DNA of 64,000 nt, from assembly GCF_002087085.1 (NCBI RefSeq), contig NZ_MWQY01000016.1, forward strand, positions 1-64,000, written 5' to 3'. Made by a program: the position numbers and the translations under genes. This document shows positions 39,876 through 48,737 of this stretch, one piece after another. The notes under the pieces were generated by a model. It was not told where the DNA came from, ran no database searches, and saw only the letters and a program-made list of their open reading frames with translations. Each line of letters starts with the position of its first letter. The first letter of the stretch is position 1.

Positions 39876-41335
39876 TTGATTTGACCGTACATGAGGCACA
39901 GATTGAAAAAAACGCACAGCTCTGTGCCCGGCAGGGGATTCTTCTGCCGACATACAAGGAGATGGCGGATCCCGATACTGTTTCGGCCGAAATCAAGGAA
40001 GAGCTCAAGGGTATCGGGCTGAACCAGGTCCATTCCCGAAACCTTTACCGGGTAACCTGGGAGAACGAAGCTCTGGAGACCGGCGGCACCTACAGCGGGG
40101 TTAACTATATCGAAATTCCCTCGTCCCTGACGGGAATAAGGGCCCGGGTTGTCGGTCTTGTGGGCAAGTGGTTTCCCACCGGCGCCCATAAGGTAGGAGC
40201 CGCTTACAGCTGTCTGGCCCCGACTCTGGTGACCGGACAGTTTGATCCGGAAAAGAACATGGCGGTCTGGCCTTCCACTGGTAATTATTGCCGGGGAGGG
40301 GCCTATATTTCCCGCCTGCTGGCATGTAAATCCGTAGCGATACTCCCGGAGGAAATGTCACAGGAACGTTTCAACTGGCTCAGGAAGATGGCGGACGAGA
40401 CCATTGCAACCCCCGGGTGTGAAAGCAACGTAAAGGAGATCTTTGACAAGTGCGCCGAACTCAATGCCGAGCGGGGAGACAGCATTTTTATCTTCAACCA
40501 GTTCTCAGAATTCGGAAACCATCTCTGGCATCACGAGGTAACCGGCCGTTCAATGGAAAAGGTTCTGAAGCAGATAATGGGACCCAAAGACCGTTTTGCC
40601 GGTACCTGTGTCTCCTCGGGTTCCGCCGGAACCACTGCCAGCGGTGAGTACCTGAAGCGGGTCTACCCCGGGGCAAAACTTGCGGTGAGTGAAGCCCTGC
40701 AGTGTCCCACCCTGCTTTCCAACGGCTTCGGCGGACATCGCATCGAGGGAATCGGTGACAAGCATGTACCCTGGATACACAATCTGAAGAATACCGATAT
40801 GGTTGTAGCCATCGACGACGAAGCGACCATGAGACTTTTACGGCTCTTTAACGAAGCCCTGGGCAAGGCCTACCTGAAAGAAAAAGGAGTGGATCCGTCC
40901 CTGATCGAGGTTTTGAACGTGATGGGTATAAGCAGTATCTGTAATCTGCTCACGGCCATCAAATTTGCCAAATACTATGAACTGACGGAAGAAGATGTGG
41001 TAATGACGGTCTTCACCGATTCGGAAGCTATGTACACCTCCCGTCTTGCGGAGCTTAACGCGGAGCGGGGACCCTACACCAGGGACAACGCCGTGGCGGA
41101 CTTTGAACTTCTCCGGAGAACCGGTATCGACGCCCTGCTGGAGCTTCGTTATGAGGACCGCAAGCGTATTCATAACCTGAAATACTACACCTGGGTGGAG
41201 CAGCAGGGAAAAACCTATGCCGAGATAAACGCTCAGTGGTACGACAGGGATTACTGGGAGAATATCTACCGGGCCAAGGACAGACTTGATGAACTGATCC
41301 TGGAGTTTAACGAGCGGGTGCGGAGGTATATGTAG
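39872..41335 (+). CDS. Fold-type II PLP-dependent enzyme of unknown function
   Basis: PTGAHKVG (PLP lysine), PSTGNY, GSAGT, HRIEGIG. Confidence 0.8.
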   Translation: MIDLTVHEAQIEKNAQLCARQGILLPTYKEMADPDTVSAEIKEELKGIGLNQVHSRNLYRVTWENEALETGGTYSGVNYIEIPSSLTGIRARVVGLVGKWFPTGAHKVGAAYSCLAPTLVTGQFDPEKNMAVWPSTGNYCRGGAYISRLLACKSVAILPEEMSQERFNWLRKMADETIATPGCESNVKEIFDKCAELNAERGDSIFIFNQFSEFGNHLWHHEVTGRSMEKVLKQIMGPKDRFAGTCVSSGSAGTTASGEYLKRVYPGAKLAVSEALQCPTLLSNGFGGHRIEGIGDKHVPWIHNLKNTDMVVAIDDEATMRLLRLFNEALGKAYLKEKGVDPSLIEVLNVMGISSICNLLTAIKFAKYYELTEEDVVMTVFTDSEAMYTSRLAELNAERGPYTRDNAVADFELLRRTGIDALLELRYEDRKRIHNLKYYTWVEQQGKTYAEINAQWYDRDYWENIYRAKDRLDELILEFNERVRRYM

Positions 41336-41339
41336 GATT

Positions 41340-41638
41340 TCGCAGAGTAACGCAGAGGATGAAGAGGAACCGCGCAGAGGCCGCTGAGGATGCAGAGATG
41401 GAGGGGCCGCGCAGAGGCCGCTGAGGACGCAGAGGATGGAGATGACCGCGCAGAGGTCGCAGAGTAACGGAGAGGATGGAGAGGGGCCGCGCAAAGGTCG
41501 CAGAGTAACGCAGAGGATGGAGAGGGGCCGCGCAAAGGTTGCTGAGGACGCAGAGATGAGGGGGCGCGCAGAGGCCGCGGAGGGTCGCAGAGGAGTAAAT
41601 GGAAGATAACTCTGTGTTCTCTGCGACTCCGGGGTGAA
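41340..41638 (+). repeat. CGCAGAG tandem array 1 (about 7 units of 36-41 bp) plus one inverted unit
   Basis: Units CCGCGCAGAGG(T/C)CGC(A/T)GAG(GA/TAA)CGCAGAG + purine spacer; inverted copy at 41610-41638. Confidence 0.95.
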
Positions 41639-41698
41639 TCTTTGAAGCGAGCATCTCTGTTCTGAATCAGTACTCATGATGGATTTTTTGGAGGGGCT

Positions 41699-43069
41699 AT
41701 GATCTTGTTGAAGAATTGTTTTTACCTGGTAAAGTCGGCGGATGATCCGGGCAGCTTTGGAGTGGATGTTCTGATCCGGGGAAACCGCGTCGAGGCAGTC
41801 GGTTCGAATCTTGCTATGCCTGCAGATGCTGAGGGGAGGGTAATAGATGCTTCGCGGCATGTGGTAATTCCCGGCCTGGTAAATACTCATCACCATTTTT
41901 ATCAAACTCTTACCAGAAATCTTCCGGCGGTGCAGAACGCCAAGCTTTTTACCTGGCTGGTCTATTTATATGAAATCTGGAAATATCTGGATGAGGATGC
42001 CATCTACTGGTCCACAGCTCTGGCTACGGCGGAACTGCTTAAAACCGGCTGTACCCTGACGACCGACCATCATTATCTGTATCCCGGAGGTGTGGGGGCT
42101 GATATTATGGCCCTTCAGTTCAAGGCTGCCGGAGACACGGGAATACGCTTTTCTCCCACCAGGGGATCCATGAGCCTTTCCAAAAAGGACGGCGGGCTGC
42201 CTCCGGATACGGTAGTCCAGAGTGAAGACGATATCCTGGTCGACTCCGAGCGGGTGATCCGGGAGTTTCATGATTCCGATCCTTTTTCCATGCGAAAAAT
42301 AGCCCTTGCCCCCTGCAGTCCCTTTTCGGTGTCCGAACAGTCAATGAAGGATACCGCGGCTCTGGCGCGAAAGTACGGGGTGCTGCTGCATACCCACCTG
42401 GCGGAAACTAAGGACGAGAATAAATTCTGCGAACGAACCCTGGGGCGGCGGCCCTTGAAGGTGATGGAGGACTGTGACTTTGTGGGCCCCGATGTCTGGT
42501 TTGCCCACGGAATCCATTTTACCGATGATGAGCTTTCAGTCCTGCAAGAGACGGGCTGTCAGATTGCCCACTGCCCGACTTCCAACATGCGCCTTGGATC
42601 GGGGATTTGCAGGGTGAAAGAGATGAAGGAGATGGGGATAAACGTTGCCCTGGCGGTGGACGGCTCTGCTTCAAATGATTCTTCAGATATGCTCGGGGAG
42701 ATCCGGAATGCTCTTTTCCTGCAGCGGGTTGCCCATGGTGCCGATGCGTTAACAGGTCGGGACGTTTTCCGGATGGCGACCGAGAACGGAGCCAGACTCC
42801 TGAATTTCGAAAAAGCTGGTATAATAGAAGAGGGCGGACCTGCGGATATAGCCCTCTTTGATGTGCATAAATTGGAGTATGCAGGCTCCCTGTCGGATCC
42901 TCTGGGGGCGCTGATCTTTTCCGGTTACAACCATGGAACGGATTACACCATTGTCAACGGAAAACTCGTGGTGGAAAAAGGACGTCTTACCGGCATAGAC
43001 GAGGAGGATCTGAGTCGCAGGGCAAATGCGGCGGCGTCGAGACTCTATGAAAAAGCGGGGATTGTCTAG
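41699..43069 (+). CDS. 8-oxoguanine deaminase-like amidohydrolase
   Basis: NTHHHFYQTLTR, APCSPFSV, HTHLAE, HCPTSNMRLGSG, DGSASND. Confidence 0.88.
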   Translation: MILLKNCFYLVKSADDPGSFGVDVLIRGNRVEAVGSNLAMPADAEGRVIDASRHVVIPGLVNTHHHFYQTLTRNLPAVQNAKLFTWLVYLYEIWKYLDEDAIYWSTALATAELLKTGCTLTTDHHYLYPGGVGADIMALQFKAAGDTGIRFSPTRGSMSLSKKDGGLPPDTVVQSEDDILVDSERVIREFHDSDPFSMRKIALAPCSPFSVSEQSMKDTAALARKYGVLLHTHLAETKDENKFCERTLGRRPLKVMEDCDFVGPDVWFAHGIHFTDDELSVLQETGCQIAHCPTSNMRLGSGICRVKEMKEMGINVALAVDGSASNDSSDMLGEIRNALFLQRVAHGADALTGRDVFRMATENGARLLNFEKAGIIEEGGPADIALFDVHKLEYAGSLSDPLGALIFSGYNHGTDYTIVNGKLVVEKGRLTGIDEEDLSRRANAAASRLYEKAGIV

Positions 43070-43103
43070 CCGAGCCTGGGAAACCGTGCAGGGGGAGAAA
43101 GGA

Positions 43104-43388
43104 CCGCGCAGAGGACGCAGAGGGACGCGGAGAAATAGCCGCGCAGAGGCTGGTAGGACGCAGAGGGGACGCTGAGGATTGGGGCCGCGCAGAGGACGCA
43201 GAGGACGCGGAGGACGCGGAGAAATAGCCACGCAGAGGCCGCTGAGGTTCGCAGAGAAGAGACCGCGCAGAGGACGCGGAGGAATAGCCACGCAGAGGCC
43301 GCTGAGGACGCAGAGAAGATACCACGCAGAGGCCGGTGAGGACGCAGAGGGGACGCTGAGGATTGGGGCCACGCAGAGGTCGCTGAGA
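43104..43388 (+). repeat. CGCAGAG tandem array 2 (about 8 units)
   Basis: Units starting CC(G/A)CGCAGAGG with GACGC(A/G/T)GAG sub-repeats and spacers AAATAG or ATTGGGG. Confidence 0.95.
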
Positions 43389-43417
43389 GTTATGGAGAAC
43401 AGGTAGAGGGGGTATGG

Positions 43418-44218
43418 ATGATGCAGGACTATAAACTCGCTTCGAGTATTGAAGAGGCCGTGGAGCTTAACAAGGCGGGCTATGTGTTTCTTGCCGGGGG
43501 GACCCAGGTGAACCGGTCACCTTTTTTGAAGCATGGCCACCGCCCGGAGAAGGTGGTAAGCATTTCCGGGCTCGATTTGTCCGGTATTTCCCGGGAGGGC
43601 AACGAGTTTCTGATCGGTGCCGGTGCCACTTTACAGGATATTGCAGACAGCCATCTTATACCTGATGTTCTGCGCAGGGCGGCGGGATTTATTCCCAATA
43701 GAAGTGTCCGCAATATTGCGACCATCGGCGGTAACGTCGGAGCAAAGAGGCCCGATTCCTACCTGATACCCACACTGATGGCCCTCGGAGCCGTGGCGGA
43801 AACAGTCGCCGGGCCGGTATCAGTAAATGAGTATGTGGACGGGGATAACGAGACCCTGATAATCCGTTTTCGCATTCCTCCCCTGGAGGGAGCGTGCCGG
43901 GCAATAAAGGAGTCCCGGTCACACCAGGCATTGCCGGTGGTAAGCGCGGCGGCCTGGATGCGGGCTGAAGGGGGCGCTGTTAAGGAAGCCGTGGTAGCGG
44001 CGGGCTGTGTTGCTCCGAGAACGATGCGCCTGAGAGAAATCGAAGAGGGGATTGTCTCCGGGAAACTCCTGGAATCCGGACAGGCCCTGGAAGTGGCGGT
44101 GGCAGGGGCGATTCATCCCGAGGAGGATATCCTGGGAAGCCGGGAGTATAAAACCTATATCAACTCGGTTTTGATCGCCGATCTTGTCCGCGGTCTGGCA
44201 GAGGAGGTGCTCAAATGA
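43418..44218 (+). CDS. ygfM: YgfM-like FAD-binding subunit
   Basis: AGGT, RSVRNIATIGGN; overlaps xdhD start. Confidence 0.8.
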   Translation: MMQDYKLASSIEEAVELNKAGYVFLAGGTQVNRSPFLKHGHRPEKVVSISGLDLSGISREGNEFLIGAGATLQDIADSHLIPDVLRRAAGFIPNRSVRNIATIGGNVGAKRPDSYLIPTLMALGAVAETVAGPVSVNEYVDGDNETLIIRFRIPPLEGACRAIKESRSHQALPVVSAAAWMRAEGGAVKEAVVAAGCVAPRTMRLREIEEGIVSGKLLESGQALEVAVAGAIHPEEDILGSREYKTYINSVLIADLVRGLAEEVLK

Positions 44219-47085
44219 AGGTAACTTTTATCCTGAACGGAAGGGAGATCTCCTTCGAAACTGCCCCGGGGGAGAAGGCACAGAAAGTTCTGCAGCGCAA
44301 CGGCATCGCCTCGATCCGGGATTCCGATAACGGCCGCGGTTTCGCCGGTTCCGACACGATTATCCTTGACGGAAAGGCCGTCTCTTCGGGATTGCTGCTG
44401 GCCCCCCAGCTGGAGGGGCGGGAGGTCCGCACGATAGAGTTTTACGGCGGCAGCAGAAACCCGAGCTTCGTACAGCAGGCCATGCTGGAAGCCGGCTGCG
44501 TGCAGTCCGGTTACAATTCTCCCGCGGCGGCGCTGATGATTCATGAACTCCTGAAGCGAAATCCCGATCCCGACCGGGAGGCGGTGAAGGATGCCCTTTC
44601 CGGGCTCTTTAACCGGGCTACCGGCTACGAACAGTTTTTCGATGCCGTACGCATTGCCGCCGCCCGCATGAAGGATCCGTCCTATAAAAACGAGGGAATC
44701 CCCGAATTCGGGGAAGAGTACAGCATAGTCGGCAAACCGGCGCCCAAGAAGGATTCCGCCCGCATGGTCGCGGGTGAGAAGGTCTACGTTGAAGACCGGG
44801 TTGAACCGGGAAGCTGCATTCTCAAGGTCCTGCGGAGTCCCCACGCCCATGCCAGGATACGATCCATCGACACCAGGGCCGCGGAGGCCGTGAAGGGTGT
44901 GGTGGCGGTTTTTACCCATAAGGACGTACCGCAGCGGACCTACAGCCAGGCCGGACAGGGATACCCCGAACCATCCCCCTACGACAGGATGCTGATTTCA
45001 CGAAAGGTTCGCCACGTGGGCGACCGGGTGGCGGTGGTGGTTGCCGAGACGGATGAGGCAGCGGAAAAGGCCCTCTCCCTGATAAAGGTGGACTACGAAC
45101 TGCTGCCGGTGGTGCTGGACTGGGACGATGCCTGGGCGGAGGATGCTCCCATTATTCACGGCGGAAGAATCGAGTATGTCGACGGAGCTCCGGAGGATCT
45201 GAATGAACTGAACGCCGGGGCGGATGACGGGGAAGAACCGGTACTCTATCAGTTCCCCATCGGCGGGAACCCCAGGAAAAACATAGCCGCTTCGGTTTCC
45301 GGGGGTATCGGTGATCTTGAAAAAGGTTTCGCCGAAGCTGATACGGTAATCGAAAGGACCTATACCACCACCCAGATCCAGTGTACTCCCCTGGAAACCC
45401 ATACCTGTTATGCACGGGTCGAAGGGGACAGGCTCGTTATTCATGCGTCGACCCAGGTGCCCTATCACGTACGTCGCATTGTCGCCACCCTGCTGGACCT
45501 GCCTGAAAACCAGGTGCGGGTAATCAAGGAGCGTGTGGGCGGCGGCTACGGATCGAAGCAGGATATTGTTCTGGAGGAACTTACCGCCTTCTGCGCCTGG
45601 AAAACCGGGCGGGCTGTGTTCCATCAGTACAGCCGGGAGGAGGAGTTCATCGCCAACTCCACCCGAAAACCCATGCGCATTACCGTCAAGCTGGGGGCAA
45701 AAAAGGACGGCAGGCTTACGGCCATGTTCATGAAGATGGAGTCAAACCAGGGGGCCTACGGTGCCCACGCCCTGACGGTGCCCATGAACGGGGTCTCCAA
45801 GAGCCTACCCCTGTTTCTGTGCGACAACGCCGGCTTCGAGGTCGTGGCCTGCTACTCCAACCGGCCTCCCACGGGGGCCTACCAGGGCTACGGGGCTCCC
45901 AAGGGGAACTATGCCCTGCAGCTCGCAGTCCGGGAACTGGCGGCGGAGCTGGGGATGGACCATCTGGAACTGGTGGAGAAGAACCGGGTAACCGAAGGGG
46001 CCATGCTGGAGATTCTCAAATGCCTTGGTGAAGGCCGGGAAGGTGCGGCGGCGCCGGCGGTAAGCTGCGGTCTGGGTCCTGCCCTGGAACAGGGGGCTGA
46101 GATGATCAGCTGGGGCAGGCGGGAAGATTCCGGCGATCCGGATGTAAGGATCGGCAAGGGATTCGCCACGGTGCAGCAGGGTTCTGGGCTCCCGGGGCTG
46201 GATGCCGCCAACGCTACCATCAAAATGCTTGGAGACGGCAGTTTCCTGGTTCAGTCCGGGGGGGCCGACCTTGGTACCGGTCTCGACCTGGTGAGCGCCA
46301 AGATGACAGCGGAGGTCCTGAAGTGCGGGCTGGAGGTGATTACCGTTCAGTCCGGGGATACCGATATGGCTCCCTTCGATACCGGGGCCTACGCCTCCAG
46401 CGGAACCTTCTTCTCCGGCGGGGCCACCTACAACGCGGCGCTGAAGATGGCGGGCAAGATTAAAAAGGAGGCTGCCGCGATTCTGGGAGAGAAGGAAGAG
46501 GATATCGAGCTGGCTGCTCCGGGAATCGCCCGGGGTAAAAAGGGCGAGCTGAGCTACCGTAAACTGGCCTGGCATACCCAGGGGGGAGAGGGCACAGGAC
46601 AGCTGATAGCCTCGGCCTCCTTTGTGACGGATAAGTTCTCCTTTCCCTACGGTGCCCACTTCTGCCAGGTGGCGGTGAACACCCGCACCGGGAAGGTTAC
46701 GGTGCAGAAGTACTACGCTCTGGAAGACTGCGGTACCCCCATCAACCCCGAGTACGCCCTGGGGCAGATCTACGGTGCGGTGGTCAAATCCATGGGACAT
46801 GCCCTGTACGAGGAGATGATCTTTGACAAATCCGGCCGCTGCCTGACCACGGACCTGAGGAGCTACGGGGTTCCCATGATCGGGGATATCCCGGAGGATT
46901 TTAAATCCGTGCTGGTACGGACGGACGACCCATTCGGGCCCTTCGGGGCAAAGTCGGTGTCGGAGATCAGCGTGAACGGGGCCGCTCCCGCCATAGCCAG
47001 CGCGATTTACGACGCGGTGGGGGTATGGATGCGGGACTGGCCCTTCAGTCCGGAAAAGGTGCTGAAGGCCCTGGGCAAGATTTAG
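44215..47085 (+). CDS. xdhD: XdhD-like molybdopterin oxidoreductase
   Basis: SIRDSDNGRGFAGSD, VQSGYN, VGGGYGSKQ, GAYQGYGAPKG, GAKSVSEI; 956 aa. Confidence 0.92.
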   Translation: MKVTFILNGREISFETAPGEKAQKVLQRNGIASIRDSDNGRGFAGSDTIILDGKAVSSGLLLAPQLEGREVRTIEFYGGSRNPSFVQQAMLEAGCVQSGYNSPAAALMIHELLKRNPDPDREAVKDALSGLFNRATGYEQFFDAVRIAAARMKDPSYKNEGIPEFGEEYSIVGKPAPKKDSARMVAGEKVYVEDRVEPGSCILKVLRSPHAHARIRSIDTRAAEAVKGVVAVFTHKDVPQRTYSQAGQGYPEPSPYDRMLISRKVRHVGDRVAVVVAETDEAAEKALSLIKVDYELLPVVLDWDDAWAEDAPIIHGGRIEYVDGAPEDLNELNAGADDGEEPVLYQFPIGGNPRKNIAASVSGGIGDLEKGFAEADTVIERTYTTTQIQCTPLETHTCYARVEGDRLVIHASTQVPYHVRRIVATLLDLPENQVRVIKERVGGGYGSKQDIVLEELTAFCAWKTGRAVFHQYSREEEFIANSTRKPMRITVKLGAKKDGRLTAMFMKMESNQGAYGAHALTVPMNGVSKSLPLFLCDNAGFEVVACYSNRPPTGAYQGYGAPKGNYALQLAVRELAAELGMDHLELVEKNRVTEGAMLEILKCLGEGREGAAAPAVSCGLGPALEQGAEMISWGRREDSGDPDVRIGKGFATVQQGSGLPGLDAANATIKMLGDGSFLVQSGGADLGTGLDLVSAKMTAEVLKCGLEVITVQSGDTDMAPFDTGAYASSGTFFSGGATYNAALKMAGKIKKEAAAILGEKEEDIELAAPGIARGKKGELSYRKLAWHTQGGEGTGQLIASASFVTDKFSFPYGAHFCQVAVNTRTGKVTVQKYYALEDCGTPINPEYALGQIYGAVVKSMGHALYEEMIFDKSGRCLTTDLRSYGVPMIGDIPEDFKSVLVRTDDPFGPFGAKSVSEISVNGAAPAIASAIYDAVGVWMRDWPFSPEKVLKALGKI

Positions 47086-47092
47086 TCGCGAC

Positions 47093-47210
47093 GAGCGTAA
47101 GGGATCCGGAGGGGCCGTCAGGCGACCGGCCGATTGAGGCCGGGCCGAAGCCGGAAGGCGGAGCCCGGAGGAGCCCGACCCGAGCCGCGTATGCGGTGAG
47201 GGGTACGCCC
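47093..47210 (+). ncRNA. Structured intergenic element, Flavo-1-like
   Basis: Starts GAGCGTAAGGGAT and ends AGCCCGACCC...GGGGTACGCCC; GCGTA/TACGC closing stem; similarity to the family is recalled, not computed. Confidence 0.45.
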
Positions 47211-47241
47211 TGAAAAAAAACTGGATTGAAACGGAGAGAAG

Positions 47242-48438
47242 ATGGAACGGACAAGGATTGAAGCTCTGATAGCTGAGCTGGCCAAAAAGCAGGGAAGCGG
47301 GATGTACCTGAAGGATTTTCTGCTGACCTGGGAGAAAACGGACGACGAGATTGCCGCGACCTTTCTGGCGGCGGATGCGCTGAGGGCTTTGAGAGAGGAG
47401 AATGTATCCTGCAGGCTCTTTGATTCCGGGCTGGGGATAAGCCTGTTCAGAGACAATTCGACCAGGACGCGCTTCAGCTATGCCTCGGCCTGCAATCTGC
47501 TGGGGCTTGAGGTGCAGGACCTGGACGAGGGAAAGAGCCAGATTGCCCACGGCGAGACGGTGAGGGAAACCGCCAATATGGTCAGTTTTATGGCGGACGT
47601 GATCGGGATACGGGACGATATGTACATCGGCAAGGGGAACACTTACATGCGGGAGGTTGCCGAGGCGGTGGAGATGGGACACGCCGAGGGGGTGCTGGAG
47701 CAGCGACCGACCCTGGTGAACCTGCAGTGCGATATTGATCACCCCACCCAGTCGATGGCGGACATGCTGCACCTGATTCACCATTTCGGGGGTGTGGAAA
47801 AGCTCAAGGGCAGGAAAATCGCCATGACCTGGGCCTACAGTCCCTCCTACGGAAAGCCGCTGTCGGTGCCCCAGGGGGTAATCGGTCTGATGACCCGCTT
47901 CGGGATGGAGGTTGTGCTGGCCCATCCTGAAGGCTACGAGGTTATGCCGGAGGTGGAGGCTGTGGCCGGGAAAAACGCTGAAAGGTCCGGGGGGAGTTTT
48001 GAGCGAGTGAACAGCATGGAAGAGGCCTTTGCCGGAGCAGACATTGTCTACCCCAAGAGCTGGGCACCCTTCGCTGCCATGGAAAAACGGACGGAGCTCT
48101 ACGGTCGGGGCGACTTCGACGGAATCAAGGCCCTGGAGAAGGAGCTCCTTGCACAGAATGCGAAACACACCGACTGGGAGTGCAGCGAGGAGCTGATGGC
48201 CGGGACCCGGGGGGGAGAAGCCCTCTATCTGCACTGTCTGCCGGCGGACATAAGCGGTGTGAGCTGCAGGCAGGGCGAGGTGGCTGCCTCTGTTTTTGAC
48301 CGCTACCGGATACCTTTGTACAAGCAGGCAAGCTACAAGCCCTACATAATCGCTGCGATGATTCTCTTGAGCAAGTTTCAGGACCCGGCGGCGAAGCTGA
48401 AAGGACTGCTGGAGGCTGGAGAGAAGCGGGTGAAGTAG
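47242..48438 (+). CDS. ygeW: Knotted carbamoyltransferase YgeW
   Basis: FRDNSTRT, NLQCDIDHPTQ, WAYSPSYGKPLSVPQG, HCLPAD. Confidence 0.96.
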   Translation: MERTRIEALIAELAKKQGSGMYLKDFLLTWEKTDDEIAATFLAADALRALREENVSCRLFDSGLGISLFRDNSTRTRFSYASACNLLGLEVQDLDEGKSQIAHGETVRETANMVSFMADVIGIRDDMYIGKGNTYMREVAEAVEMGHAEGVLEQRPTLVNLQCDIDHPTQSMADMLHLIHHFGGVEKLKGRKIAMTWAYSPSYGKPLSVPQGVIGLMTRFGMEVVLAHPEGYEVMPEVEAVAGKNAERSGGSFERVNSMEEAFAGADIVYPKSWAPFAAMEKRTELYGRGDFDGIKALEKELLAQNAKHTDWECSEELMAGTRGGEALYLHCLPADISGVSCRQGEVAASVFDRYRIPLYKQASYKPYIIAAMILLSKFQDPAAKLKGLLEAGEKRVK

Positions 48439-48453
48439 GGAGAAGAGAGGAAA

Positions 48454-48675
48454 CCGCGCAGAGGCCGCAGAGTAACGCAGAGAGGAGACCGCGCAGAGGT
48501 CGCTGAGGGGAAGGCCGCGCAGAGGTCGCTGAGGGATGCAGAGGGGAAGGCCGCGGAGGGGACGCAGAGGCCGCAGAGTAACGCAGAGAGGAAACTGCGC
48601 AGAGGTCGCTGAGGGACGCAGAGGGGAAGAAGGTGACAGGAGAAAACTCGGCGCCCTCTGAGGTTCGGCGGTGAT
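48454..48675 (+). repeat. CGCAGAG tandem array 3 (about 5 units) plus one degenerate inverted unit
   Basis: Same units as arrays 1 and 2; inverted copy at 48647-48675. Confidence 0.93.
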
Positions 48676-48737
48676 TCTCCTCAATCCTTGGTATGCTGTG
48701 CATCTCTGTTCCAAAAACAGGATGAAATACAGATTAT

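Noticed and set aside
41340..41593. CRISPR interpretation of the tandem arrays
   Set aside because: Repeats are degenerate, spacers are short and repetitive, and no cas genes are present.
41266..43406. Low-complexity ORFs (SASSAASAR, RRGRRGR) across the arrays
   Set aside because: Translations of the repeats; unit lengths are not consistent multiples of three.
44215..44650. Loss of 2Fe-2S cysteines in the XdhD N-terminus as a sign of decay
   Set aside because: As I recall, the same Cys-poor pattern is typical of XdhD orthologues, so it is not a lesion.
28171..48438. Selenocysteine or stop-codon readthrough in the purine operon
   Set aside because: All ORFs appear full length with no in-frame stops needing recoding.
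45805..48714. 969-aa minus-strand ORF
   Set aside because: Antisense shadow of xdhD and ygeW in GC-rich DNA; its N-terminus is translated repeat array and it has no recognisable motifs.
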